IMG/VR virus record: IMGVR_UViG_3300050821_015552
Location: 1 to 64,000 of that record
Length of the DNA: 64,000 nt
DNA from: a virus
Direction: 5' to 3' (one strand)
Under the pieces are notes generated by a model. That model was not told the DNA's origin and did no database searches. It saw only the letters and a program-made list of their open reading frames with translations. Shown here piece after piece: positions 17,347 to 26,630 of the stretch (its first letter is position 1; every line of letters starts with the position of its first letter). Both the position numbers and the translations under genes were made by a program.

Positions 17347-19073
17347 ACGCTTCTCCGTTTCGCAGCCTGGTCGTCGAGGACACTCGCGAGGTCGAGCGCA
17401 TCGCGCGGCTGCCCAGGCGCGTGTGGCCCGAGCCGGACGCTGCGCGTCTGGCAGAGATGCTCACGCTGGAGTTCAAGACGCCCGGCGGGACCATGGCGCT
17501 GCGTCCGGTGCAAGCCATCGCACTGTACGAAGCGATGGAGGCTGGGGGCCTGTTCGGACCCATCCGCGTGGGCGGTGGCAAGACGCTCGTGACGCTGCTG
17601 CTGCCTCTGGTGCTCGAGGCCAAGCGGCCGATCTTGCTCTTGCCCGCGGCTCTCGTTCAGAAGACCTGGCACGACTACAAGCTCCTGCGCGAGCACTGGC
17701 GGTTGCCGACCAACATCCAGATCGAGTCCTACGAGATGCTCTCGCTCGTGCAGAGCGCTCGCAAGCTCGACTACGTCAAGCCCGATCTGATCGTGGCCGA
17801 CGAGGTGCACTACCTCAAGAACCATCGCGCGGGACGCACACGTCGCGTCGTGCGGTACATGGCGGCGAATCCCGAGACGCGCTTCGTTGGAGTCTCGGGC
17901 ACGGTGATGAAGGGCTCGATTCGAGACTTCGCTCACATCCTGCGCTGGTGCCTCAAGTCGGGCTCGCCGATCCCGGTCAGCGATGACGAGGTCTCAGCCT
18001 GGGCCGATGCGCTCGACGAGAAGGTCAACCCGCTTGGCCGGCGGCAGGCGGGAGCGCTGCTGTCGATCGGAACGGCTGAAGGCGAAGACGAGCTCGTGCG
18101 CGTGCGACGCATCTTCCAGTCGCGCCTGCTCGAGACGCGCGGTGTCGTGGCTTCGGCCAAGAACGACGGCGTCACCTGCAGCCTGCGCGTCTCGGCGCTC
18201 GAGTACGAGCCCGCGGACGTGACCGTGGAGCACATCCGCCAGATGCGCGAGGGCACCAAGGATTGTCACGGCAAGTACGTCGTGCGGCCGTGGACGACGC
18301 CCGATGGCTGGACGTTTGCGACGCCGCTCGAGTTCCGGATGTACCTGCGGCAGCTCGCTCTGGGTTTCCATTCGGTCTGGGATCCGCGTCCGCCCATCGA
18401 ATGGAGCACCGCCCGGCGCGAGTGGGCGACCTTCGTGCGCGACACGCTCGCCGAGTCCGAAGTGCTCGACACCGAGCTGCAGGTGGCCAACGCCGTGGAT
18501 GCGGGGCGGCTGCACACGCCGACGCTCGATGCGTGGCGCGCGGTGCGCGACTCGTACAAGGTGCAGCCCAAGGACGTCTGGCACGACGACACGGCCCTGC
18601 AGGCGTGCGCGGCGTGGATGGAGCGGCAGAAGGGGATCGTCTGGTGCGAGCACGTCTTCTTCGCTCGCCGCTTGGCGCGCGAGACGGGAGCGGCGTACTA
18701 CGGCGCGCAGGGCTTGAGCGACAGCGGCGAGAGCATCACGCTCGTCAAGCCAGGCAAGGCGATCATCGCCAGCGTGAAGGCCAACAGTGCAGGCCGTAAC
18801 CTGCAGATGTTCTCGACCAATCTCGTGAGCTCCTTCCCGCCCGATGCGCTCACGGCCGAGCAGATGATCGGCCGCACGCACCGCGACGGCCAGGAGGCTG
18901 ACGAGGTCGCGGTCGACTTCCTGCTCGGATGCCGTGAGCACTACGACGCCTTCAACCGGGCGCTTGACGGCGCGCGCGCCGCAGCCGACACGCTGGGCCA
19001 CGATCAGAAACTTCTCTTAGCGGACCTTTGCTTACCCGACATCGACAACCGAAGAGGGCCCCTCTGGGGCTAG
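17343..19073 (+). CDS. SF2 (SNF2/DExH-like) helicase
   Basis: LRPVQ, GGGKT, DEVH, SGT, QMIGRTHRDGQ. Confidence 0.88.
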   Translation: MNASPFRSLVVEDTREVERIARLPRRVWPEPDAARLAEMLTLEFKTPGGTMALRPVQAIALYEAMEAGGLFGPIRVGGGKTLVTLLLPLVLEAKRPILLLPAALVQKTWHDYKLLREHWRLPTNIQIESYEMLSLVQSARKLDYVKPDLIVADEVHYLKNHRAGRTRRVVRYMAANPETRFVGVSGTVMKGSIRDFAHILRWCLKSGSPIPVSDDEVSAWADALDEKVNPLGRRQAGALLSIGTAEGEDELVRVRRIFQSRLLETRGVVASAKNDGVTCSLRVSALEYEPADVTVEHIRQMREGTKDCHGKYVVRPWTTPDGWTFATPLEFRMYLRQLALGFHSVWDPRPPIEWSTARREWATFVRDTLAESEVLDTELQVANAVDAGRLHTPTLDAWRAVRDSYKVQPKDVWHDDTALQACAAWMERQKGIVWCEHVFFARRLARETGAAYYGAQGLSDSGESITLVKPGKAIIASVKANSAGRNLQMFSTNLVSSFPPDALTAEQMIGRTHRDGQEADEVAVDFLLGCREHYDAFNRALDGARAAADTLGHDQKLLLADLCLPDIDNRRGPLWG

Positions 19074-19090
19074 GAAGAAAGAACAAGAAC

Positions 19091-19627
19091 ATGACCACCG
19101 GCAATTTGTTTGCGGGACTGCGCGACGCCAAGACCTTCGACAGGGGCATCTGGCTCAAGGAAGGCAAGTACGAGGTGCGCGTCAAGCGCGCGATCTTCAA
19201 GAAGACGCGCGCCAAGGGTGACGCGTTCATCATGGAGTTCACGGTCGAGAAGTCCGACTACGAGTCGGCCAAGGCAGCGGCCATCAAGTCGTTCAACGGA
19301 CAGCCCTTCGACATGAAGGAACTTGAGAAGCTCCTGCCCAACCAGCAGGGCACCACGGCGTCGTGGTACCAGTCGCTCAAGGACATCGACATCGGCTTCG
19401 GTGCGCTCAAGAGCTTCGCCGCTGGCATTCTCAGCCAGAAGCCGGAGGATCCGGAGTTCATCGAGGCCGTCGAGGGCTTCATGAACTCCGTGGTCAACGA
19501 GGGGGCCATCAACGGTTTCCTCATCCCCGTCGAGGTCGTGACCGTCAAGACGAAGGCGGACACCGACTTCAGCTTGCACAAGTGGGGCGCGATCATCGAT
19601 CAGGGGCCGGCGGCGCAGGCGCAGTAG
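19091..19627 (+). CDS. Putative single-stranded DNA-binding protein
   Basis: EGKYEVRV...FIMEFTV beta pattern; lies between helicase and polymerase. Confidence 0.5.
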   Translation: MTTGNLFAGLRDAKTFDRGIWLKEGKYEVRVKRAIFKKTRAKGDAFIMEFTVEKSDYESAKAAAIKSFNGQPFDMKELEKLLPNQQGTTASWYQSLKDIDIGFGALKSFAAGILSQKPEDPEFIEAVEGFMNSVVNEGAINGFLIPVEVVTVKTKADTDFSLHKWGAIIDQGPAAQAQ

Positions 19628-19633
19628 TGCGCG

Positions 19634-19819
19634 GTGGGTGTGTCGCAGCAGATGCACCCGGAGCTGTGGAGGGCGCTTCGCCGCGTCGGTAGAGGCGAAG
19701 CGCCCGGCAGCCCGGAGCTACGAGATGCGCTTTTCAAGCGCAAGTTGGCGGAGTGGATTCCGGGCGAGAGCGGCTGTCGATTGACGACACGTGGCGAAGC
19801 CGCCTTGAGGGAGCGATGA
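19634..19819 (+). CDS. Small hypothetical protein
   Basis: RLTTRG wing-like motif. Confidence 0.5.
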   Translation: MGVSQQMHPELWRALRRVGRGEAPGSPELRDALFKRKLAEWIPGESGCRLTTRGEAALRER

Positions 19820-20313
19820 AAGTCGGCGAACCAACCAAGCTAGGCACTCCGAGAAAGCCGCGGGGCGCACTAAGCAACCTGCCTCGCGAAGAACGGTTGC
19901 GAGCGAAACGGGCGGCGGACAAGTCCTATTATCTGAAGCGGGCTGAAGAAAATCCGGAAGCGCATCGCCTCAGAAAAGAGAAAATAGCGAAGAGAAAACG
20001 AGACAACTACGCCAAGAACAAGGCAGAGAACTCCGACGCCTACCGCAAGTGGTTGAACGAGCGAGCCGCGCAACTTCGGGATGCGTTGTATGGGCTCGTC
20101 CCAGGCCAATGGGATCGGATGTTGATAGAGCAATCCGGTTGCTGTGGCATCTGCAATGAGCCGATGCTTCGCCCCCATGTTGACCACGACCACGTAACCG
20201 GCAAAGTCAGAGAGCTGCTGTGCAGCAGTTGCAACAGAGGGCTGGGCGGCTTCAAAGACAGACGCAGCATTTTGTTTAGGGCCATCTCATACCTTGCGAG
20301 GCATGGTCGATGA
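19816..20313 (+). CDS. Endonuclease VII-like HNH homing endonuclease
   Basis: CGIC...HVDHDHVTGKVRELLCSSCNRGLG; lower GC. Confidence 0.88.
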   Translation: MKVGEPTKLGTPRKPRGALSNLPREERLRAKRAADKSYYLKRAEENPEAHRLRKEKIAKRKRDNYAKNKAENSDAYRKWLNERAAQLRDALYGLVPGQWDRMLIEQSGCCGICNEPMLRPHVDHDHVTGKVRELLCSSCNRGLGGFKDRRSILFRAISYLARHGR

Positions 20314-21419
20314 ACGTTTTGGCATGGGACTCTGAGACAGCTTTGTTCAGGCCGGGTGTGATGGCTCCGGAAGCGGTTTGTTTCACGTACCAGCGTTTGG
20401 GTGAGGAGCCTCAGATCATCCACGCCGACGATCCGCAGGCGCTGCCGCTCGTCGTGAGCTGGCTCACCGATGTGCAGCTGCTGCTCGTCGGCCACCATGT
20501 CGTCTACGACCTCGCCGTGCTGTGCGCGAAGTGGCCGGAGATCGTGCCCCTGGTGTTCAAGTCGTACGACGACGACCGGATCACCTGCACCAAGCTGCGG
20601 CAGCAGCTGCTCGATATCGCGGCCGGCGAGTTTCGCGGGTACCTGCACAAGTTTCAGAAGCGCGTGTGCAACGAGCACGAGGAATGCGATCCGGATACGT
20701 GCCCGCAGGCTGTCGAGAAGCGCGGCGCGCGGTGGATGCCGCACGACTACACGCTCGACGCGCTCACGTACCGTGCGACGGGGCGCAGGCTCGACAAGGA
20801 CACCTGGCGCCTGCGGTACGGCGAGTTTCTCCACACTCCTCTATCCGAATGGCCCGAAGGCGCGCGGACGTACCCGCTAGAAGACGCGCGGGCGACGCTC
20901 GACGTGTTCCTCAAGCAGGAGGAGCACGTGCAGTACATCCCCGACCAGTTCCGCCAGGCGCGGGCGGCGTGGGCGCTGCACCTGACGAGCGTGTGGGGGT
21001 TGCGCACGCACGCGCCGGGCGTGGACAAACTCGAGCAGGAGACCCTGGGCGCGCTTGCGGCCATCGAGGGCGACCTCAAGGCGGCGGGCCTGGTGCGCGC
21101 GGACGGCTCGCGCGACACCAAGAAGGCCAAGGCGCTCATGGTGCAGGTGTGCGAGCAGCTCGGCAAGCCGGTGCGCCTGACGGCCAAGGGCGGAGTGTCG
21201 CTCGACTCCGACGCGTGCGAAGCCTCCGAGTACGACCTGCTCGAAGACTACGCCGAGCTCACGTCGCTCAAGGCGGTGCTGGCCAAGGACATCCCCGTGC
21301 TCCGGGCGGGGACGCAGTATCCGGTGCACACGACCTTTGGCCTAGCTGCTTCGGGTCGAGCCACGTCGAGTAGACCGAATGTCCAGAACTTCGCGCGGAA
21401 GACGGCAGGCGGTACATGA
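20310..21419 (+). CDS. polA: Family A DNA polymerase, N-terminal fragment (3'-5' exonuclease and thumb)
   Basis: ExoI WDSET, ExoII HVVYDL, ExoIII YPLED; ends with SGRATSSRPNVQN. Confidence 0.88.
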   Translation: MNVLAWDSETALFRPGVMAPEAVCFTYQRLGEEPQIIHADDPQALPLVVSWLTDVQLLLVGHHVVYDLAVLCAKWPEIVPLVFKSYDDDRITCTKLRQQLLDIAAGEFRGYLHKFQKRVCNEHEECDPDTCPQAVEKRGARWMPHDYTLDALTYRATGRRLDKDTWRLRYGEFLHTPLSEWPEGARTYPLEDARATLDVFLKQEEHVQYIPDQFRQARAAWALHLTSVWGLRTHAPGVDKLEQETLGALAAIEGDLKAAGLVRADGSRDTKKAKALMVQVCEQLGKPVRLTAKGGVSLDSDACEASEYDLLEDYAELTSLKAVLAKDIPVLRAGTQYPVHTTFGLAASGRATSSRPNVQNFARKTAGGT

Positions 21420-22015
21420 CTTCCGACAAGCCTTGTAAGGTGTATGGCTCCTTCGAACGTTACGACAACGCTCCGCACAAGTGCGTTCCGTGCAATAGAG
21501 AGCGCGGGCGCAAGTACTATGCTGCTAACCCCGCACGCGGGAAGGCCAACGCCAAGAACTACCGAGAAGCCAACAAGGAGAAGATACGAGAGCAGAAGCG
21601 GTTGGACGTTGATCGCAGAAGAGCGTGGCAGAAAGCTTGGCGCGAACGAAACGCGGAACGCGTTCGGTGCAAGGAGCGCGAGTGGTGCGCCGCTAACGTC
21701 GAACGCGGCATGTTTCGGCGAGCGAAAGAACGTGCCAAGAAACTTGGGTTGGACTTCAATCTGGACGTGTCTGACATCGTCATTCCTAAGATTTGTCCGT
21801 TGCTCGGCATCGTGCTGGAACGCAAGCCCGGAGTGCAGGCCGATAGCACGCCTTCGCTAGATCGTATTGACTCGTCGCTTGGATACGTGAAGGGCAACGT
21901 CTGGGTCATTTCTTGGCGCGCGAACAACATCAAGAGCGACGCAAGTCTTGAAGAGTTGGAGATGCTCTTGGCAGGGCTGGAACGGGCCCGTCGTCTCCGA
22001 TTGGTGGTGGGCTGA
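21416..22015 (+). CDS. HNH endonuclease inserted in the polymerase gene
   Basis: CPLLG...PSLDRIDSSLGYVKGNVWVISWRANNIK; lower GC. Confidence 0.9.
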   Translation: MTSDKPCKVYGSFERYDNAPHKCVPCNRERGRKYYAANPARGKANAKNYREANKEKIREQKRLDVDRRRAWQKAWRERNAERVRCKEREWCAANVERGMFRRAKERAKKLGLDFNLDVSDIVIPKICPLLGIVLERKPGVQADSTPSLDRIDSSLGYVKGNVWVISWRANNIKSDASLEELEMLLAGLERARRLRLVVG

Positions 22016-22845
22016 TGGGCATTCGAGAGTGTTTCATCCCGAGACCCGGCAAGGTCTTCGCCCAGGCGGACTTCTCCGGCCTCGAGCTCCACACCCTGGC
22101 CCAGTGCTGCGTCACGCTCTTCGGGCAGTCGCACCTGGCCGAGGTGCTCAACGCCGGCTTCGACGCGCACACGGCGTTCGCGGCAAGCATCCTCGGGATC
22201 TCGTACGAGGAGGCTGTCGCGCGAAACGAAGCCGGAGACGAGGCGGTCGACAACGCGCGGCAGACGGCCAAGGTCGCCAACTTCGGCTTCCCCGGTGGCC
22301 TCGGCGCAGAGAAGCTGTGCCTCTTCGCTCGCAAGACCTACGGCGTGCATCTGACCGAGGAGCGCGCCAGAGAGCTCAAGGCGCAGTGGCTTGAACGTTG
22401 GCCCGAGTTGAAGCTGTTCTTTCAGCACGTCGGCGACTTGGTCGACGAGGATACGGGCGAGGCTACTGTGCACCAAGTCTTCTCCAACAGGATGCGCGGA
22501 GGGTGCCACTACACGGCCGCGTGCAACACGTACTTTCAGGGTCTGGGTGCAGATGCGGCGAAGCGTGCGACGTACATCGTGTCTCGTGCGTGTTACGCGG
22601 AGTCAGCGAACGTGCTCTACGGATCGCGGATCTGCAACATGATCCACGACGAGTTGATCCTTGAAGTAGACGACGACTTTCGTGCCCACGACAAGGCCAT
22701 CGAGCTTGGTCGTTTGATGGTTGCGGGAGCGAACGAATTTCTTCCGGATGTCCCTGCCCGCGTGAAGCCTCTTCTCGCGCGGTGCTGGTCGAAGAAGTCC
22801 AAGCCGGTTTTCAAGGACGGGAGGCTTGTACCGTGGGCGGCTTGA
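22015..22845 (+). CDS. polA: Family A DNA polymerase, C-terminal fragment (palm and fingers)
   Basis: IRECF; motif A ADFSGLE; motif B RQTAKVANF; motif C IHDE. Confidence 0.9.
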   Translation: MGIRECFIPRPGKVFAQADFSGLELHTLAQCCVTLFGQSHLAEVLNAGFDAHTAFAASILGISYEEAVARNEAGDEAVDNARQTAKVANFGFPGGLGAEKLCLFARKTYGVHLTEERARELKAQWLERWPELKLFFQHVGDLVDEDTGEATVHQVFSNRMRGGCHYTAACNTYFQGLGADAAKRATYIVSRACYAESANVLYGSRICNMIHDELILEVDDDFRAHDKAIELGRLMVAGANEFLPDVPARVKPLLARCWSKKSKPVFKDGRLVPWAA

Positions 22846-22872
22846 ATAACAGCGGGGAGTCCCTCGTCCAAC
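22843..22872 (+). promoter_or_regulatory. ECF-sigma-type promoter motif (copy 4, N16)
   Basis: TGAATA-N16-CGTCCAAC upstream of dam. Confidence 0.55.
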
Positions 22873-22925
22873 CCACCGACCGCGAACTGCGCGGCCACGC
22901 GCGACCGAGGACGGGAGCAGGAGCG

Positions 22926-23789
22926 ATGACAGTGGCGAGACCCTTCACAAAATGGGCAGGCGGGAAAACCCAGCTGCTACCCGAACTGCGCCGCCGCGTC
23001 CCGTCCTACTTCGGCCACTACTGGGAGCCGTTCGTCGGCGGCGGCGCGACGCTCTTCGACGTGCTGCAGCAGGGCCGGACGGCCGATAGCGACAGCGCGG
23101 GTACGACCGGCGACAACGTCACGATCAACGACAGCAACAAGTGGCTCATCGCGACCTACCGCGCCACCCGCGACAACGTGGTGGGCGTCATCGCGTACCT
23201 GCGCGAGTACGAGGCCGGCTACCGCAAGGGCGGCGCCGAGTTCTACTACGAGGTCCGCAGGCGCAACCCGATGCTGCTCGTCGACCAGGCGGCGGCCTTC
23301 ATCTTCCTCAACAAAACAGGGTTCAACGGCCTGTTCCGCGTGAACAAGGCCGGCGACTTCAACGTGCCGCACGGCAAGCGCGCGGGAGAGGTCACCATCT
23401 GCGACGCCGAGAACCTGCACGCGTGCTCGCGCCTCTTGCAGGGGGTCCAGATCCAGCACGGCGACTTCGAAGCGCCGCCGGGGGTCAGTGGCTGCGCGAA
23501 AGAGGGCGACTTCATCTACTTCGACTGCCCGTACTGGCCCGTTAGCGCCTCGTCGGACTTCACGGCCTACACCAAGGAACCCTTCGGGCCCGCTGAGCAA
23601 GAGAGGCTTCGTGACTTGGCGTTGCGACTGAAGGCGCGAGGCTGCCGCGTGCTGCTGTCCAACGCAGACGTGCCGCCCGTGCGGGCGCTGTACGCGAAGG
23701 GCTTCACGATCGAGCGAGTCGAGGCCCGTCGCGCCATCAACTCCGACGCCTCGAAGCGCGGTAACGTCGGTGAGCTACTGATTTGTTGA
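22926..23789 (+). CDS. dam: DNA adenine methyltransferase (Dam/D12 class)
   Basis: KWAGGKTQL, EPFVGGG, FNGLFRVN; catalytic DCPY in place of DPPY. Confidence 0.9.
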   Translation: MTVARPFTKWAGGKTQLLPELRRRVPSYFGHYWEPFVGGGATLFDVLQQGRTADSDSAGTTGDNVTINDSNKWLIATYRATRDNVVGVIAYLREYEAGYRKGGAEFYYEVRRRNPMLLVDQAAAFIFLNKTGFNGLFRVNKAGDFNVPHGKRAGEVTICDAENLHACSRLLQGVQIQHGDFEAPPGVSGCAKEGDFIYFDCPYWPVSASSDFTAYTKEPFGPAEQERLRDLALRLKARGCRVLLSNADVPPVRALYAKGFTIERVEARRAINSDASKRGNVGELLIC

Positions 23790-23815
23790 ATAGGCGCGCA
23801 CCCGCGCCGTCGAAC
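23787..23815 (+). promoter_or_regulatory. ECF-sigma-type promoter motif (copy 5)
   Basis: TGAATA-N15-CGTCGAAC, then GGAGG and ATG 23832. Confidence 0.6.
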
Positions 23816-23831
23816 GTTTCGGAGGTTGAAG

Positions 23832-24077
23832 ATGGCGAAGAAATCTTTGCAGGCGCTGCGCAGAGAAGCGAATCCGGTGGCCGAGCCCAAGACGATCGAG
23901 CTGCCCCTGAAGTACGCTCGGTCGCTGGAGGAGTGCGCGGGCGCGCTGGCGGGACTACTCGACGAGGCTCCGTCGATCGACGGTTTGCGCCGGGCCAAGA
24001 AAGCGCTCAAGCGCAACTGCGACATGCAGAGCAAGCTGGCGAACGACATCAAAGACCTTCTCGACATCTGGGAGTGA
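23832..24077 (+). CDS. Small helical protein
   Basis: SD GGAGG. Confidence 0.7.
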   Translation: MAKKSLQALRREANPVAEPKTIELPLKYARSLEECAGALAGLLDEAPSIDGLRRAKKALKRNCDMQSKLANDIKDLLDIWE

Positions 24078-24079
24078 CC

Positions 24080-24304
24080 ATGGCCTCGAAAGACACCCGC
24101 GCCGCCAACGGCGCCGCCGGCAAGACGGACCTACTGCTGTTCGACCCCACGACGCTCGTCATCGTCGAGGACGAAGGCAGCGCGCTGACGGCGAAGGAGG
24201 CGCACGCCCTCGACGAGGAACTTGACGCTGGCGGCGTGCTGGCGCCAACGAAGAAGCCCGGTGACCTCGCGTGCGTGTGCTGCGCGAAGGGACGGCCGTC
24301 GTGA
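24080..24304 (+). CDS. Small protein; N-terminus resembles phage ParB-like N-termini
   Basis: GAAGKTDLLLFDP; SD GGAG. Confidence 0.5.
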   Translation: MASKDTRAANGAAGKTDLLLFDPTTLVIVEDEGSALTAKEAHALDEELDAGGVLAPTKKPGDLACVCCAKGRPS

Positions 24305-24540
24305 GCCTTCACGAGAAGAAGCGCGCCGAGAACGTGGCGCTCGACGAGCGGGTGCTTGCCGCGATCAGGACCAAGAGCGGCCTCACGCTCCGCGGCGTCT
24401 GCGTCGCCGTCACCCTCTCGAACCCGAGCGGGAGCATCACCGATCGGCAGGTCGATCGCTCTCTGCAGCGTCTGCGCAAGAAGAAGCTCATCAAGTTCGG
24501 CGGCCCCGGGACGACGTTCTCCGGCTGGAGAGCGACGTGA
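24301..24540 (+). CDS. Winged-helix DNA-binding protein
   Basis: VDRSLQRLRKKKLI recognition-helix pattern. Confidence 0.6.
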   Translation: MSLHEKKRAENVALDERVLAAIRTKSGLTLRGVCVAVTLSNPSGSITDRQVDRSLQRLRKKKLIKFGGPGTTFSGWRAT

Positions 24541-24779
24541 CCAAGACCCTCCGCCGCGCCCTGGTCCGCCTCGCCCGCGAGAAGATCATGGCCTCGACCA
24601 GCTCACTGTTCGACGATCTCTGCAAGCTCGGCTTCGCCGAGTCGCTCGGCCTCATCCCGACGCCCGGCGCCGTGCGCTGTACGAGCATGCGCGCCGGCTA
24701 CAAGATCACCGAGGCCGGGGCGGCGCGGGCGAGTCTGTACGACGAGGATGGTAGGCCGAAGATGGTGGAGGAGACATGA
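24537..24779 (+). CDS. Small hypothetical protein
   Basis: Coupled; YKITEAG. Confidence 0.6.
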   Translation: MTKTLRRALVRLAREKIMASTSSLFDDLCKLGFAESLGLIPTPGAVRCTSMRAGYKITEAGAARASLYDEDGRPKMVEET

Positions 24780-25324
24780 AGGCGTACGTGGCGGGTGCGT
24801 GGGTGGAGCAGCATCAGCGGTCGCGGCCGATGATCGCAAAGCTGCGCGAAGCGGGCATCGAGATCACCTGTGACTGGACTCAGGCCGAGGGAGACGTGTG
24901 CGCGTGCGGGCATCACCGCAGCGTGCACTACAACAGCGGCGAGGGCTGCAAGGGCGACGGCCTGACGATCGCGGCGTGCTCCTGTCTGGGTTTCAACGGT
25001 ATCGGTTCCGGCGGCGACAGCCTGCTCACCGACGCCGACCGCCGCAAGTACGCCCAGGCCGATCTCGACGGCGTGCTTGCGGCCGACATCGTCTGGCTGC
25101 TCGCGGCCAACGACAGGGGCGCGTGCGGCAGCTGGGTGGAGTTGGGGGCGGCGCTGGTGGCGCGGCAGATGCGCGCAGGCGAGGATGGGGGACCGTGGCC
25201 GCTCATCGTCGTCTCCGGTCCCAAGTGCAAGTGGACCATCTTCACCGAGCTGGCCGATCGCCTGTTCGAGACGGACGAGGAAGCGTTGGCGTACGTCGTC
25301 GGGCTGCATCGGGGGTCGCCGTGA
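24776..25324 (+). CDS. Nucleoside 2-deoxyribosyltransferase-like protein with Cys/His insertion
   Basis: YVAG, DLDGVLAAD, GSWVELGAA. Confidence 0.7.
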   Translation: MKAYVAGAWVEQHQRSRPMIAKLREAGIEITCDWTQAEGDVCACGHHRSVHYNSGEGCKGDGLTIAACSCLGFNGIGSGGDSLLTDADRRKYAQADLDGVLAADIVWLLAANDRGACGSWVELGAALVARQMRAGEDGGPWPLIVVSGPKCKWTIFTELADRLFETDEEALAYVVGLHRGSP

Positions 25325-25587
25325 CTCCGATCGCGAAGGGCGAAGCTACGGCCTATCGCGAACGCTGGCCGTCGTGGGTGCACGAGGCGTTCAAGATCGA
25401 GCCCGTCGTCAACGAGCAGGGCAGTCACTTCGTGGAGATCGCCTGCACGATCGAGCTGAAGTGCCTGCTCGTGACGCTGCCCATCGATCTCCGGCACGAT
25501 CCGCCACCCGCGCTGCTGCGCGAGATGCGCGTGCACATGAAGGGGCACGCGTTCGAGCCGCAGTGCGAGAAGGGAAACAAAGCGTGA
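25321..25587 (+). CDS. Hypothetical protein
   Basis: Coupled ORF. Confidence 0.6.
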   Translation: MTPIAKGEATAYRERWPSWVHEAFKIEPVVNEQGSHFVEIACTIELKCLLVTLPIDLRHDPPPALLREMRVHMKGHAFEPQCEKGNKA

Positions 25588-25811
25588 CCCTCGACGCCCG
25601 TCTCGCCATCGCCGAGGAGATCATCAGCCCGCACCAGCTCAACGGGCGGGTGGCGATCGACGCCATCCGCGAGGCACGGCAGGCGCTCAAGGACGTGCTG
25701 CTGCCGGGGTGGTTCTGTCAGGCAACGATGCCGGATGGGAAGAAGTGCTTGGTGTGGACCGGCACGGAGAAGGGTGCGACGAGCTGCCGCGCGTGCGGAG
25801 CGTCCCGATGA
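25584..25811 (+). CDS. Zinc-ribbon protein
   Basis: WFC...C...CRACG. Confidence 0.6.
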   Translation: MTLDARLAIAEEIISPHQLNGRVAIDAIREARQALKDVLLPGWFCQATMPDGKKCLVWTGTEKGATSCRACGASR

Positions 25812-26089
25812 CCCACCACTGCCACGCCCTCGGCTGCAAGTCGCCCTGCCCGCCGCGCTGGCTCATGTGCCGCGCGTGCTGGTCGAAGGTGCCACCCGAT
25901 CTGCAGGCGGAGGTCTACCGCACCGTATCGCTGCGAGGCCCGCACGCGGACGCCTCGTGGGCTCCGTGGTGGCGCGCGCAGGCTCGAGCGATTGCGCACG
26001 TCGCCATGCTGCGGGAGCCGAACGAGGCGCGGCGCGATGCGTACCTCGCGCGGGAGCTGGCGTTCGCGGATACGCTGGAGGCGCGATGA
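25808..26089 (+). CDS. Cys/His-rich phage protein
   Basis: HHCHALGC...MCRACW. Confidence 0.7.
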   Translation: MTHHCHALGCKSPCPPRWLMCRACWSKVPPDLQAEVYRTVSLRGPHADASWAPWWRAQARAIAHVAMLREPNEARRDAYLARELAFADTLEAR

Positions 26090-26289
26090 AAGCAGAGCGA
26101 CACAAGTTCAAGCGATGCGTCCTGCCACCGGGACAGGATACCTGCTGCATCTGCAATCGCGGCATGCGCGAGGCGGTCATGGCGCGCGTGGTGGGCGAGC
26201 CGCCCATCTACGAGTACGGCTACTGCCTGCGGTGCGTGAGGGCACTGCACAAGGCGGCGTGTGCGCCGTCGAAGAAGTCCAAGCGATGA
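26086..26289 (+). CDS. Small zinc-binding protein
   Basis: CCIC...CLRC. Confidence 0.6.
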   Translation: MKAERHKFKRCVLPPGQDTCCICNRGMREAVMARVVGEPPIYEYGYCLRCVRALHKAACAPSKKSKR

Positions 26290-26630
26290 TCTCCGATGCC
26301 GAACTGCTCGCCGGCCTGGCCTTCCTGCAGATCCACGCCCACCCCGCCTACCACGGGGCGCTGCACATGGCCGAGGGAGCGTGCAAGCAGATCCGCGCCG
26401 ACATCCAGCGGGGCGAGTTGCGGATGCGCGCGGCGGACGAACTGGAACTGTCGGTGCGCGCGGCGCTGGCCATCCGGCAGCTCGGGGTCAAGACGGTGGG
26501 CGACTTGGAGCAGCTGCTGGACAAGATCGATCTGTCGTCGCGCGACGCCAAGCGGGCAGGCTTCGGCAAGAAGTGTCTCAAGGAGTGCCGCGAGGTGCTC
26601 AAGAATCTCGGGCTGGAGCTGAGACGATGA
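26286..26630 (+). CDS. RNA polymerase alpha-subunit CTD-like protein
   Basis: ELELSVRA...LGVKTVGDL...FGKKCLKECREVLKNLGL follows the alpha-CTD pattern. Confidence 0.8.
   Translation: MISDAELLAGLAFLQIHAHPAYHGALHMAEGACKQIRADIQRGELRMRAADELELSVRAALAIRQLGVKTVGDLEQLLDKIDLSSRDAKRAGFGKKCLKECREVLKNLGLELRR

Noticed and set aside
21416-22015. Group I intron or intein in the polymerase
   Set aside because: The HNH ORF fills the whole gap with coupled overlaps; no intron core or intein terminal motifs are visible. Not formally excluded without RT-PCR.
20310-25324. 2-aminoadenine (Z-genome) pathway
   Set aside because: No purZ, datZ or mazZ-like gene seen, and an adenine methylase is present.
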